Origin: an uncultured Bacilli bacterium
GTDB taxonomy: Bacteria; Bacillota_I; Bacilli_A; RF39; UBA660
Assembly (NCBI GenBank): GCA_934101575.1
Contig: CAKORJ010000001.1
Span: 402,994-466,993 of the forward strand
Reading direction: 5' to 3'
DNA length: 64,000 bases
Below the pieces are notes generated by a model. That model ran no database searches, was not told where the DNA came from, and saw only the letters and a list, made by a program, of their open reading frames with translations. Of the stretch, positions 38,976-49,074 are shown piece by piece. Numbering within the stretch: position 1 is the first letter of the stretch; each line of letters starts with the position of its first letter. Position numbers and translations under genes: made by a program.

Positions 38976-39173
38976 TTAATCTCTTCGACTATTCTTTTTG
39001 TTTCTCTTCTTAGAGTTTATGGTGTTCTTTTTCTTTTCTTCTCTTCTTATTACTCCTGGTTTGTCATAGAATTTTCTTTTTTTGGCTTCTGAAAGGACTC
39101 CATCACGTGCACATCTTTGTTTGAATTTTTTTAATGATGCTTCTAAGTTACCTTTTACTGTTACTTCGGTCAT
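38976..39173 (-). CDS. rpsU: 30S ribosomal protein S21
   Basis: 65 aa basic protein. KFKQRCARDGVLSEAKKRKFYDKPG matches the S21 signature. Confidence 0.85.
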   Translation of the reverse strand: MTEVTVKGNLEASLKKFKQRCARDGVLSEAKKRKFYDKPGVIRREEKKKNTINSKKRNKKNSRRD

Positions 39174-39256
39174 AGTTTAACCCTCCTTTCTTGCCTTTGC
39201 TAATTTGTATTATAGCATACTTATATAACAAATTTCAACTTTTTTCTTATTTTTCT

Positions 39257-40576
39257 TTAAAAAGGCATTTTGAAATTACCGTTTGCCATTTGTTTCATCA
39301 TTTTTTTGCTTTGTTCGAATTGTGTTAAAAGTCTATTTACTTCTTGGACTGGACGACCACTTCCTTTTGATATTCTTTGTTTTCTACTTGCTTTTATTAT
39401 TTCTGGTTTTCTTCTTTCTTCTTTGGTCATTGATAAGATTATTGCTTCTATATGGGCCATATCCTTTGGATCTATATTTATATTATTTAATCCTAGTTTT
39501 TTTGCCCCAGGAAGTAGTTTTAATATTGATTCTAGTGAGCCTAGTTTCTTTATTTGTTTCATTTGTTTTAAGAAGTCTTCTAAATCGTATTTTCCTGTTT
39601 TCATCTTTTTTAGAGAGTTTTCTGCTTCTTTTTCGTCTATTACTTCATTTGCTTTATCTACTATTGATAATATATCTCCCATGCCAATTATTCTTGAGGC
39701 CATTCTGTCTGGGTAAAATGCGTCTAAACCGTCTAGCTTTTCTGATGTTCCTACAAATTTTATTGGTACATTAGTAAGATGTCTTGCTGATAATGCTACT
39801 CCTCCTCTTGTGTCTCCGTCTAGTTTTGTTAGAATTACTCCGGTTAGATCTAGGTTTTCGTTAAATCCTTTTATTACGTTAATTGCGTCTTGTCCCATCA
39901 TTGAGTCTATTACTAAAAGTGTTTCTTGGGGTTTTATTTCTTCTTTTATGTTTTTTAACTCTTTCATTAGCTCTTCATCTATATGAAGACGTCCTGCTGT
40001 ATCTATTAGTACATAATCATATCCTTTTTCTTTGGCGTATTCTATGGCATTTTTACTTATTTCTACTGGATCTTTCTTTCCTTCTTCATATACTTCTATA
40101 TTTAGTTCTTTTCCTATTTGTTTTAGCTGGTCAATTGCTGCTGGTCTATAGACATCACATGCTACTAATAGTGGCTTTTTATTGTGTTTTTTTCTTAAGA
40201 AGTTTGATAGTTTTCCTATTGTTGTTGTTTTCCCTGATCCTTGAAGACCTACTAACATTAAGATTGCAGGATTTCCTGTTGTGTTTAGTGGTGCGGCTTC
40301 CCCGCCTAATAATTCTTCTAATTCATCTCTTATTATTCCTACAAACATTTCTCCTGGAGATAAGCTTTTTTTAACTTCTTCACCTAGTGCTTTTTCTTTT
40401 ACTTTGCTTGTAAATTCTCTTACTACTTGATAGTTTACGTCTGCTTCTAATAGAGCTAGTCGTACTTCTCTTAACATTGGATCTATATTTTCTTCTGTTA
40501 TTTTTCCATGTCCTTTTATATTTTTTACTACTTTTTCTAATCTATCACTTAATGTTTCAAACATATTTATCACCAT
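39257..40576 (-). CDS. ffh: signal recognition particle protein Ffh (SRP54)
   Basis: NG domain GLQGSGKTTT, DTAGR, and a Met-rich M domain. 439 aa. Confidence 0.9.
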   Translation of the reverse strand: MVINMFETLSDRLEKVVKNIKGHGKITEENIDPMLREVRLALLEADVNYQVVREFTSKVKEKALGEEVKKSLSPGEMFVGIIRDELEELLGGEAAPLNTTGNPAILMLVGLQGSGKTTTIGKLSNFLRKKHNKKPLLVACDVYRPAAIDQLKQIGKELNIEVYEEGKKDPVEISKNAIEYAKEKGYDYVLIDTAGRLHIDEELMKELKNIKEEIKPQETLLVIDSMMGQDAINVIKGFNENLDLTGVILTKLDGDTRGGVALSARHLTNVPIKFVGTSEKLDGLDAFYPDRMASRIIGMGDILSIVDKANEVIDEKEAENSLKKMKTGKYDLEDFLKQMKQIKKLGSLESILKLLPGAKKLGLNNINIDPKDMAHIEAIILSMTKEERRKPEIIKASRKQRISKGSGRPVQEVNRLLTQFEQSKKMMKQMANGNFKMPF

Positions 40577-40622
40577 ATTAATTATAATTCATTATAAAAA
40601 AAAAATAAAGTCTTTCTAAACT

Positions 40623-41207
40623 TTATTTATATATATCTATTCCATATTTGTTTTCTACTGTGTCGTAAAATATATAGTTTCTTGGTGGGTTGTATGTTAA
40701 GGATGTTAGTGTTACATATCCTAGTACTATTAATAAGATTGATACTTTGTTTAAGGTTTTGTTTTCTTTTGAATAGTTTAATAGATAATAACTTAGTATT
40801 TGTTCTATTATTATTACTATTATTAGAAGAGTTATTGATATTATCATGTTTTCTCCAAAGGCATTATATAGAGGTAAATACATTATTAGATATATTATTA
40901 TACTTGTTATCATTGTTATGAATAGTGTTGATACGTAGTTTTTGTAAGGAATTTGTTTTTTCTTTAGGATGAAGTATTCTATTATACCCCAAGATAAGAG
41001 TCCACTGTAGAGAAGTTTCATATGTTCCCATATGCTTTCATTTACTGGAAAGAAGATTGCAAATACTGGATTGGGTAATAGTTCGTATAGAAAGTGATAT
41101 AATACAGTAAATGCAAATATTACTATTACTCCGATTATTTTTATTTTTTTCATAATATCACCAGTATTATTATATGTTTTTTTTAATTTTTTATTTCTTT
41201 TTGGCAA
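40623..41207 (-). CDS. hypothetical polytopic membrane protein
   Basis: 194 aa (likely start at the internal MKKIKIIG) with 4-5 TM helices. Confidence 0.4.
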   Translation of the reverse strand: MPKRNKKLKKTYNNTGDIMKKIKIIGVIVIFAFTVLYHFLYELLPNPVFAIFFPVNESIWEHMKLLYSGLLSWGIIEYFILKKKQIPYKNYVSTLFITMITSIIIYLIMYLPLYNAFGENMIISITLLIIVIIIEQILSYYLLNYSKENKTLNKVSILLIVLGYVTLTSLTYNPPRNYIFYDTVENKYGIDIYK

Positions 41208-42013
41208 TTACTACAATAATAACTACTTCTTCCTCCTATTTTGTCTTTTTTTATTTTTGTTTTACATACTAGGCATGGTTCATTTTCTTTCATGTGTACG
41301 TTTAAATCATTTTGAAATAGTCCTGTTACTCCTTCTTCAGATGTGTAACTTCTTATTGTTGTTCCTCCTTCTTTTATTGCTTTTTCTAGGACTTTTTTTG
41401 TATTTTCTATTATGTCTTTTAGATTCTTTTCTGTTAAGTCTTTTCCTTTTGTATGAGGGTTTATTTTGCTTAGGAATAGGATTTCATCTGCATATATGTT
41501 GCCTATTCCTACTATTATACTTTGATCTAGTAATAGTGTTTTTATGGGAATGTTTTTGTTTTTATATTTTTCTTTTAAATAAGCGATTGTTAGATTTTTA
41601 TCCCATGGTTCATATCCTAATTTTTTTAGACTGCTTTCATTTAGTTTGTCTTTTTCTACTAGTTCCATTTTTCCGAATTTTCTTACGTCTTTATATCTTA
41701 ATTCGAATTCATTATTTATATTAAATATTACTAGTTCATGTTTCTCTACTTTTTGACTCTTATTTCTATATAGATACTTTCCTTCCATTCTTAGATGGCT
41801 TAGTAAGTAATAATTATCTAGTTCAAACACTAACCATTTTCCCCGTCTTTTTATATCGTTTATTGTTTGATTTTTTATTTTTTGTTTTACTTCTTCTATG
41901 TTATTTTTATTAAATACATTATTATGTAGTATTGTTATGTTTATTATTTTTTTATTTTGTAGTTTTAGAAGGAGTGCTTTTCTTACTGTTTCTACTTCTG
42001 GTAGCTCTGGCAT
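41183..42013 (-). CDS. mutM: formamidopyrimidine-DNA glycosylase (Fpg/MutM)
   Basis: N-terminal MPELPEVE and a C-terminal zinc finger CLVC...CSNC. Confidence 0.85.
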   Translation of the reverse strand: MPELPEVETVRKALLLKLQNKKIINITILHNNVFNKNNIEEVKQKIKNQTINDIKRRGKWLVFELDNYYLLSHLRMEGKYLYRNKSQKVEKHELVIFNINNEFELRYKDVRKFGKMELVEKDKLNESSLKKLGYEPWDKNLTIAYLKEKYKNKNIPIKTLLLDQSIIVGIGNIYADEILFLSKINPHTKGKDLTEKNLKDIIENTKKVLEKAIKEGGTTIRSYTSEEGVTGLFQNDLNVHMKENEPCLVCKTKIKKDKIGGRSSYYCSNCQKEIKN

Positions 42014-42923
42014 TTGTTTGATCCTCCTTATATTTTATTTTTAATATTATTTTGTTTATTGTGCTATATTTTTCTTTTATGTTTTTTTCTAGATTGGTTC
42101 TTATTTCATCTGCTTCTTTTATTGAAATATTTTCATTAAAATATATTGCGAATATTGCTAGATATGTTTGACCAAATTTTATTAGATTTATGTTTTCTAC
42201 TCTTGTTATTTTTTCTTCTTTTTGAATATAGTTTCTTATACTTCGTACTAGGTTTTGATTTCTTTCTTGTTTTCCTATTAGGTCACTTGCTTCTTCATGG
42301 ATTATATTTATTCCTACATATATTATTAATATACTTATTAGTACTCCGCCGACTAAGTCTATATATTTTAACCAGAATATTTTATTTTGAAATTGTGATA
42401 GTATTATTACGAATAATAGAAAGAATGATGATACTACATCCATTTTTCCTTCTTTGGCATTACTTATTAAAAGATTTGAATTGTATTTTAGTCCTGATTT
42501 CATTAAATAATTTGAACAAAGATATCTTACTGTCATTGAAGTTAATATTACTATTAGAAGCCATGGTGAAGGTATTTTTGTCTCTTGTCCAAATACGTCT
42601 TTTAGCATTATGAGACCCATGCCTATTATGAATAGGCCCATGCCCATACTGAAGATGTTTTCCATTTTTCCATATCCGAATGGATGATTTTTGTCAGCTT
42701 TTTTTCTTGATAGTTTTGCACCGACTAAGGAGAAAGCATCTGTTAGAAGATCTGATATTGCATGGATTCCTGATGCTACTAGGGATACGGAATGTCCTAT
42801 TATTCCTGATAGTGTTTCCATTGTTATTATGAATATATTTACAAATACACTTACTATTAAACTTTTTGTTTCTCCTTTTATGTTTTCTAATTCTTTATTT
42901 TGCTTCATACCAGTTTGCACCAC
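41952..42923 (-). CDS. cation diffusion facilitator family transporter
   Basis: Six TM helices with the CDF signature, and a C-terminal cytoplasmic domain. Start likely an internal Met. Confidence 0.7.
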   Translation of the reverse strand: MVQTGMKQNKELENIKGETKSLIVSVFVNIFIITMETLSGIIGHSVSLVASGIHAISDLLTDAFSLVGAKLSRKKADKNHPFGYGKMENIFSMGMGLFIIGMGLIMLKDVFGQETKIPSPWLLIVILTSMTVRYLCSNYLMKSGLKYNSNLLISNAKEGKMDVVSSFFLLFVIILSQFQNKIFWLKYIDLVGGVLISILIIYVGINIIHEEASDLIGKQERNQNLVRSIRNYIQKEEKITRVENINLIKFGQTYLAIFAIYFNENISIKEADEIRTNLEKNIKEKYSTINKIILKIKYKEDQTNARATRSRNSKKSTPSKTTK

Positions 42924-45477
42924 TTTCTATATCTACTTTTAGAGGAACTAGTAATTTATAAGCATTTTCCATTTTGTCTTTTATTAGTTTTTCTACCTCT
43001 TTTTGTTCTTCTTTTGGACAGTCAAATAATAATTCATCGTGTACTTGAATTATCATTTTTGTTTTTAGATTTCTTTTTTTTAGTTCCTTGTGAATTTCAA
43101 TCATTGCTATTTTTAATATATCTGCGCTTGTTCCTTGAATTGGAGTGTTTAGGGCCATTCTTTCTCCGCTTGTTTTTACCATATAGTTAGCACTTTTTAT
43201 TTCATCTATTACTCTTTTTCTACCAAACATTGTTTTTACATAACCATTTTCATGAGCTTTAGCTATTAAATTATTCATATAAGATTTTATGCCTGGGAAT
43301 GTTTCTAGATAATTGTCTATAAAGCTTTTTGCTTCTTTTACGTTTATTCCTAGATCTTCGGAAAGTCCAAAGCTACTTATTCCATAAATTATTCCAAAGT
43401 TTACTGCTTTAGCATTTCTTCTTTCGTTTTTTGTTACTTGTTCTTTTGGGATATGATATATATCCATGGCTGTTTTTGTATGAATATCCATATCATTATT
43501 GAATGCTTCTATTAGGTTTTGAGCTTTTGACATGTGAGCAAATACTCTTAGTTCTATTTGAGAATAATCACTTGATATTATTACTGAGTCTTTACTTGGA
43601 ATAAATGCTTTTCTTATTAGTCTTCCATATTCTTCTCTTACGGGGATGTTTTGAAGATTAGGACTTGTTGAGGATAATCTTCCTGTTCTTGTTAGGGTTT
43701 GAGTAAATATTGTATGAATTTTTCCATCTTCTTTTATATAATCTATTATTCCTACTATATAATTTGAATATAGTTTAGTTAGAGTTCTATATTCTAATAT
43801 TTTATTTATTATTTCATAATCTGTTAGTTTATTTAGGATATCTACACTTGTTGAATAGTTTTTATCACTTTTTATTCTTTTCGGATAAGGTATACTTAAG
43901 TCTTCGAATAGTACTTTTCCTAGTTGTTTTGGACTCATTATATTAAAGTCTTTGTTTCCTGCTAGGGTATAGATATCTTCTTCTATTTTTTTTGCTTTGC
44001 TATAGACTTCTTCTTTCATTTTATTTAAGAATTCTATATCTATGTTTACTCCGGCATATTCCATATCTATTAGAACATATGTAAGAGGTAAATCTATATT
44101 TTCATACAATGATACGTATCCTTGTGTTTCTATTTCTTTATAGAATTTTGTTTTGTTTTCAAAGATAAAACTTGATTTTTTTATCATATTTTCTATAAAG
44201 TCTTCTTTTAGAAGTTTATTTTTTCTTTTTAACATTTCTTCACAGGAGTTACTACTATAACCACATATATTCATTAGATATGATATGTCTTCTTTTATGT
44301 GATAGTTTAAGATATAGGATTCTATCATAAGATCATAGATTCTGTTTTTTATTGTTATGTTGTTATATTTAAATAATATGTATAGTTTTTTTAGATCATA
44401 TGTATATAGGGTTATGTCTTCTTTTATGTTTATGTTTTTTATATTTTCTTGTTCTATAAAGAAATTTCCTTCTTCGTTTGTTATTGCTATTCCTAGGATT
44501 TTATTGTCATGATAGTTTCCGTTTGTTTCTATATATATTGCTGTGTCTTTTGTTATGTTTATACTTTCTACTACTTCATAGGATTTTTTTTCTTCTTTTT
44601 TTTCTTTGATGTTTAATTTTTTTATTAGAGAGAAGAACTCATATTCTTTTAGAAGTGGTATTAGTTTAGGAGTTATTCCATTATATTTTATATTTTCTAT
44701 GTTTTTATCTATTGGTACTTCTTTATAAATTGTTGCTAGTTCTTTTGAGAAGAAGGCATTTTCTTTGTCATCTTCTAGTTTTTCCCTGGTTCTTCCTTTT
44801 ATTTCTTCTATGTTTTTATATATTTCTTCGACTGTTCCATATTTTTGGATTAGGGTCATTGCCCCTTTTTCTCCTATTCCTTTTACTCCGGGAATATTAT
44901 CACTGGCATCACCCATTATTCCTTTTAGGTCTACTATTTTTTCTGGAGTGAACCCATAAATTTCTATGAATGTTTCCTTATTCATTCTTATGTAATCATT
45001 GCTTTTTAAGAGTTTTACTTCGTTTTTATCTGTTATTAGTTGTAGTAAGTCTTTATCACTTGATATTATTACTGAGTAGTAATCATTTTGATTGTCTACT
45101 TCGTTTGCAAATGTTCCTATTATATCATCTGCTTCATAATTATCTATTTCAAAACATGATATTCCCATGGCTTTAGCTATTCCTTTTGCTACGGGTAATT
45201 GGTCTTTTAACTCTTGAGGTATTTCTTTTCTACCATCTTTATATCCTTCGTATTTTTTATGTCTAAATGTTTTGCCTTTATCGAAGGCAATCATCATGTA
45301 TTCTGGGCTTTCTTCGTTTATTATTTTATTTAACATATTTATAAAGCCAAATAAGGCATTTGTTGGAAAACCTTTGGAATTTCTTAATATTGAACCACGG
45401 TATGCTGTGGCATAATAACTTCTAAATACTAGGTTATTTCCATCTATTAATATTACTTTTTTCATTTTTACCACCAT
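42895..45477 (-). CDS. polA: DNA polymerase I
   Basis: 860 aa. 5'-3' exonuclease N-terminus, polymerase motifs RRNAKAVNFGIIYG and QVHDEL. Confidence 0.9.
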   Translation of the reverse strand: MVVKMKKVILIDGNNLVFRSYYATAYRGSILRNSKGFPTNALFGFINMLNKIINEESPEYMMIAFDKGKTFRHKKYEGYKDGRKEIPQELKDQLPVAKGIAKAMGISCFEIDNYEADDIIGTFANEVDNQNDYYSVIISSDKDLLQLITDKNEVKLLKSNDYIRMNKETFIEIYGFTPEKIVDLKGIMGDASDNIPGVKGIGEKGAMTLIQKYGTVEEIYKNIEEIKGRTREKLEDDKENAFFSKELATIYKEVPIDKNIENIKYNGITPKLIPLLKEYEFFSLIKKLNIKEKKEEKKSYEVVESINITKDTAIYIETNGNYHDNKILGIAITNEEGNFFIEQENIKNINIKEDITLYTYDLKKLYILFKYNNITIKNRIYDLMIESYILNYHIKEDISYLMNICGYSSNSCEEMLKRKNKLLKEDFIENMIKKSSFIFENKTKFYKEIETQGYVSLYENIDLPLTYVLIDMEYAGVNIDIEFLNKMKEEVYSKAKKIEEDIYTLAGNKDFNIMSPKQLGKVLFEDLSIPYPKRIKSDKNYSTSVDILNKLTDYEIINKILEYRTLTKLYSNYIVGIIDYIKEDGKIHTIFTQTLTRTGRLSSTSPNLQNIPVREEYGRLIRKAFIPSKDSVIISSDYSQIELRVFAHMSKAQNLIEAFNNDMDIHTKTAMDIYHIPKEQVTKNERRNAKAVNFGIIYGISSFGLSEDLGINVKEAKSFIDNYLETFPGIKSYMNNLIAKAHENGYVKTMFGRKRVIDEIKSANYMVKTSGERMALNTPIQGTSADILKIAMIEIHKELKKRNLKTKMIIQVHDELLFDCPKEEQKEVEKLIKDKMENAYKLLVPLKVDIESGANWYEAK

Positions 45478-45547
45478 ATTTATTATAAAACAAATTTTTG
45501 ATATATACTAGTTTAAGTTTTGAATTTAAAAAAGAATAGGCATTAAC

Positions 45548-47290
45548 CTACTCTAATATTGCTTTTATTCTTCTTACTCCACTTGAAGAAGATTCTTCTT
45601 TTTTGATTTTGAAGTGTCCTAATTCATTTGTATTTTTTACATGAGGTCCTCCACATATTTCTTTTGAGTAGTCTCCTATGTAATATACTTTTACTTCGTT
45701 TCCATATTTTTCTATGAACATTGCTTCGGCGCCTGTTTTTAGGGCTTCTTCTTTGCTCATTATTTTATATGTTACTTCTAGACCTTCTTTTATTTTTTCG
45801 TTTACTATGTCTTCGACTTTTTTTAGGTCTTCTTTAGATACTTTTTCTGGATGTGAGAAATCAAATCTTAATCTTTCTTCTGTTATGTTTGAACCTTTTT
45901 GGTGGATGTGGTCTCCTAGCACGTCTTTTAGGGCTCTATTTAATAAGTGTGTTGCTGTGTGATATTTTGTTTCTATTTCTCCGGTTGATTTTAGTCCTCC
46001 TTTGAATTTTCCTTCGGATGCTTTTCTTGATTTTTCTTGATGATTTTTGAATAGTCTTCTGAATTCTTTCATATCTATTGTCATATTATTTTCGCTTGCT
46101 ATCTCTTCGGTTAATTCTGGTGGAAATCCATATGTATCGTACATTTTGAAAACTATTTCTCCGTTTAATTTATCTTGTGTTTGTTTTAGTTCTTCATTTA
46201 ATTTTTTTAAACCTTTTGTTAGCGTTTTTGTGAATTTTTTTGTTTCTTCTTCTATTACTTTTATTATTTCTTCTTCTTTTATTTGTCCTAATTGATTAGT
46301 TAAGTCTTTTATTATTTCTTTTGTTATTTCTGTTATTTTTGAAAAATCTATATCTAGTTTTCTCATACATCTTAGGCTTCTTCTTATAAGTCTTCTTAAG
46401 ATGTATCCTTGATCTACATTACTTGGATATACTCCATCGTTTATTATCATTGCAGAGGCTCTTAGATGGTCACATATTATTCTTTTGCTTTTTATATCTT
46501 TTTTGGTTGTTAATTTTTTTACTTTTGTCATGGAGTTTTGGAATACTTCTGTGTCATATACACTTTTTTTATGTTGAGAGACCGCTATTACTCTTTCTAA
46601 TCCCATGCCTGTATCTACATTTTTTTGTTTTAATGGGATTATTTTATCAGTTATTTTATTATATTCCATGAATACATTGTTCCATATTTCTAGATATTTA
46701 CCACAGTCACAAGCTGGTGAACATTCCTTGCAGCATTTTTCTTTGTCAAAGATATAAAATATTTCTGTATCTGGTCCACATGGTCCTTCATCTCCGGCCC
46801 ACCACCAGTTTTCTTTTTTATCTAGATAGAAGATATTTTCTTTTAGTATTCCTAACTCTTCCCATTTTTTTGCACTTATTTCGTCTCTTGGAGCGTTTTC
46901 ATCTCCTTCGAATACTGTTATTGCTATTTTTTCTACTGGTATTTCTAGGTGTTTTGTTAAGAATTCAAAACTATATTCTATTGATTCATTTTTAAAATAA
47001 TCTCCTAGACTCCAGTTTCCTAGCATTTCGAAGAATGTTAAATGGGAGTCATCTCCGACCTCATCTATATCATTTGTTCTTACGCATTTTTGGACATCTA
47101 CTAGTCTTGTTCCTTGAGGATGTGTTTCTCCTAGTAAGTATGGTACTAGTGGCTGCATTCCTGCACTATTAAATAGTACTGATCCATCATTTTCTGGTAC
47201 TAGTGGTGCACTTTTTATTTCTTTGTGGCCTTTTTCTTTAAAGAACTCTATATATATTTTTTTTAATTCATTTATTGTAAACTTTTTCAT
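45548..47290 (-). CDS. alaS: alanine--tRNA ligase, short form lacking C-Ala domain
   Basis: N-terminal class II aaRS motifs (FNSAGMQP, WWAGDEGPCGPDTEIFY). Editing domain HTATH...CGGPH. Ends at 580 aa. Confidence 0.8.
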   Translation of the reverse strand: MKKFTINELKKIYIEFFKEKGHKEIKSAPLVPENDGSVLFNSAGMQPLVPYLLGETHPQGTRLVDVQKCVRTNDIDEVGDDSHLTFFEMLGNWSLGDYFKNESIEYSFEFLTKHLEIPVEKIAITVFEGDENAPRDEISAKKWEELGILKENIFYLDKKENWWWAGDEGPCGPDTEIFYIFDKEKCCKECSPACDCGKYLEIWNNVFMEYNKITDKIIPLKQKNVDTGMGLERVIAVSQHKKSVYDTEVFQNSMTKVKKLTTKKDIKSKRIICDHLRASAMIINDGVYPSNVDQGYILRRLIRRSLRCMRKLDIDFSKITEITKEIIKDLTNQLGQIKEEEIIKVIEEETKKFTKTLTKGLKKLNEELKQTQDKLNGEIVFKMYDTYGFPPELTEEIASENNMTIDMKEFRRLFKNHQEKSRKASEGKFKGGLKSTGEIETKYHTATHLLNRALKDVLGDHIHQKGSNITEERLRFDFSHPEKVSKEDLKKVEDIVNEKIKEGLEVTYKIMSKEEALKTGAEAMFIEKYGNEVKVYYIGDYSKEICGGPHVKNTNELGHFKIKKEESSSSGVRRIKAILE

Positions 47291-47830
47291 TTAATCACCT
47301 ATTTCTGTTAGTATTTTTTTTGCTTTATCTGTGAGTTCTTCTAATGATCCGTTATTATCTATTTGATAATCGAATCCTTTGTAATCATCTAAAATAGTTT
47401 CTGAGATGTGATGTTTTTGACTACTGTTTAACTCATCGCTTTCTCTTTGCATTTTTATTGCTGTTACGTTATCAAATTCTTTTTTTGTTTTTTCTATTTC
47501 TACTGGGAATCTTATGTCTGAGACTACAAATGTATCATAAAAGTGTGAGAGTACTTTTATATCTTCTATTAATCTATTTATGTGAAATTCTTCATCTATT
47601 TGATTTCTTATTATATCTGTTCCTAGTTTATTTAGAAGATCACGTGGTTTTGTTTCTTCTCTTCCATCCCAACCAAAGTATTTTGTTGCATAGTATTTTA
47701 TATATTGTCCAACTTGTATTCTACATACTTTCTTTCCTTTTTCTTCTAAATCTTTTATTATAATGTCTGCGATTGTGTCTTTGCCACTTCTAGCTTTGCC
47801 TCCTATTAATATGATTTGCATATTATTCAT
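47291..47830 (-). CDS. P-loop deoxynucleoside-monophosphate kinase-like protein (T4 Dnk-like)
   Basis: N-terminus IILIGGKARSGKDT resembles the dNMP kinase P-loop. 179 aa. Confidence 0.45.
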   Translation of the reverse strand: MNNMQIILIGGKARSGKDTIADIIIKDLEEKGKKVCRIQVGQYIKYYATKYFGWDGREETKPRDLLNKLGTDIIRNQIDEEFHINRLIEDIKVLSHFYDTFVVSDIRFPVEIEKTKKEFDNVTAIKMQRESDELNSSQKHHISETILDDYKGFDYQIDNNGSLEELTDKAKKILTEIGD

Positions 47831-48986
47831 CTCCTTTTAATTCTGCATTTATTATTCTATCTTTTATTTTATATTTATTTTCTACATACATAAGTATTAC
47901 TTTCATACATGCTATGGTTGGAGTTGCTATGATCATTCCTAGTACTCCAAAAAAGTAACCAAATACTAATAATCCTATCATTATTGTTACTGGGTGTAGT
48001 TTCATTGTTTTTCCCATTATAAGTGGTTGAAGAACTATTCCATCTATTTGTTGTGATATAAAACAGATTACTATTGATAGAATTCCTACTAGAGGCGATA
48101 CTGTAAATCCTACTATGGTTGCTATTGCTCCTCCTACCCATGGTCCAATATATGGAATTATATTGGTTACACCACATATTAATCCAAATAACATTGGAGA
48201 TGGCAATCCTATTATTGCAAAGAATATACTTGTTATTATTGCTACTATTAATGAAATAAGCAATGTTCCTTGAACGAAATCTTTACATGTTTCATCTAGG
48301 TCTCTTACTAGTTTTCTTGCTGTGTTTTTATGTTTTTTTGGGATTATGTTAAATACTTTTTTCATTCCATCAAAGTCTATTAGTAAATAGAATCCTACGA
48401 TCATTCCTAAAAGTACTGACCATATGCTTGATATGACACTACTGACTCCTCCTATTATTAAGCTTGGAAGTTTTGTTGTTAGATCTGCTCCAAATGATTC
48501 TAATGTATCATATATTTTTGACTCTACTCCTGTAAAGTCAAATCCTGTTGAATTTAGTTTTAAGAAACTTTCATGAACAAAATTAGTAACTTGTAATACT
48601 AATGATGGTAATATGTCTATAAATTCATTTATTTGTCTATATAACATTGGAATCATGAATTTTATTACTAGAAATACTACTACTAAAAACATTGCAAATA
48701 CAAATACTGATCCTAGTCCTCTTTTTACTCCTTTTTTATTTAGATATGTTACAGCTGGATTTAGGAGCCATGCTACTACAAATCCTATAAAGAATGGCGC
48801 TGCAACAGATAGTATATTTAATATTGTTTTCCAGATATTGAATTTATCAAATAATACTACTGCTATTAATATACATGATAAAATAACTACTACGAATAAT
48901 ACTTTAAGTATCTTTTTACTTAATTCTATGACACTGTTTAAGTTTTCAATGTCTAATTCTTTTTTCTTTCTCACACTAATCACCAA
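47823..48986 (-). CDS. AI-2E family transporter (PerM/YdiK-like)
   Basis: 387 aa polytopic membrane protein with an AI-2E-type arrangement. Confidence 0.65.
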   Translation of the reverse strand: MVISVRKKKELDIENLNSVIELSKKILKVLFVVVILSCILIAVVLFDKFNIWKTILNILSVAAPFFIGFVVAWLLNPAVTYLNKKGVKRGLGSVFVFAMFLVVVFLVIKFMIPMLYRQINEFIDILPSLVLQVTNFVHESFLKLNSTGFDFTGVESKIYDTLESFGADLTTKLPSLIIGGVSSVISSIWSVLLGMIVGFYLLIDFDGMKKVFNIIPKKHKNTARKLVRDLDETCKDFVQGTLLISLIVAIITSIFFAIIGLPSPMLFGLICGVTNIIPYIGPWVGGAIATIVGFTVSPLVGILSIVICFISQQIDGIVLQPLIMGKTMKLHPVTIMIGLLVFGYFFGVLGMIIATPTIACMKVILMYVENKYKIKDRIINAELKGDE

Positions 48987-49074
48987 TTAAATTATAACAA
49001 AAATCAAGGTAAAAAAAAAGAGATATTACTTAAAATTTATAATATCATTTTTTTACTTATTACTTGTTACTTGT

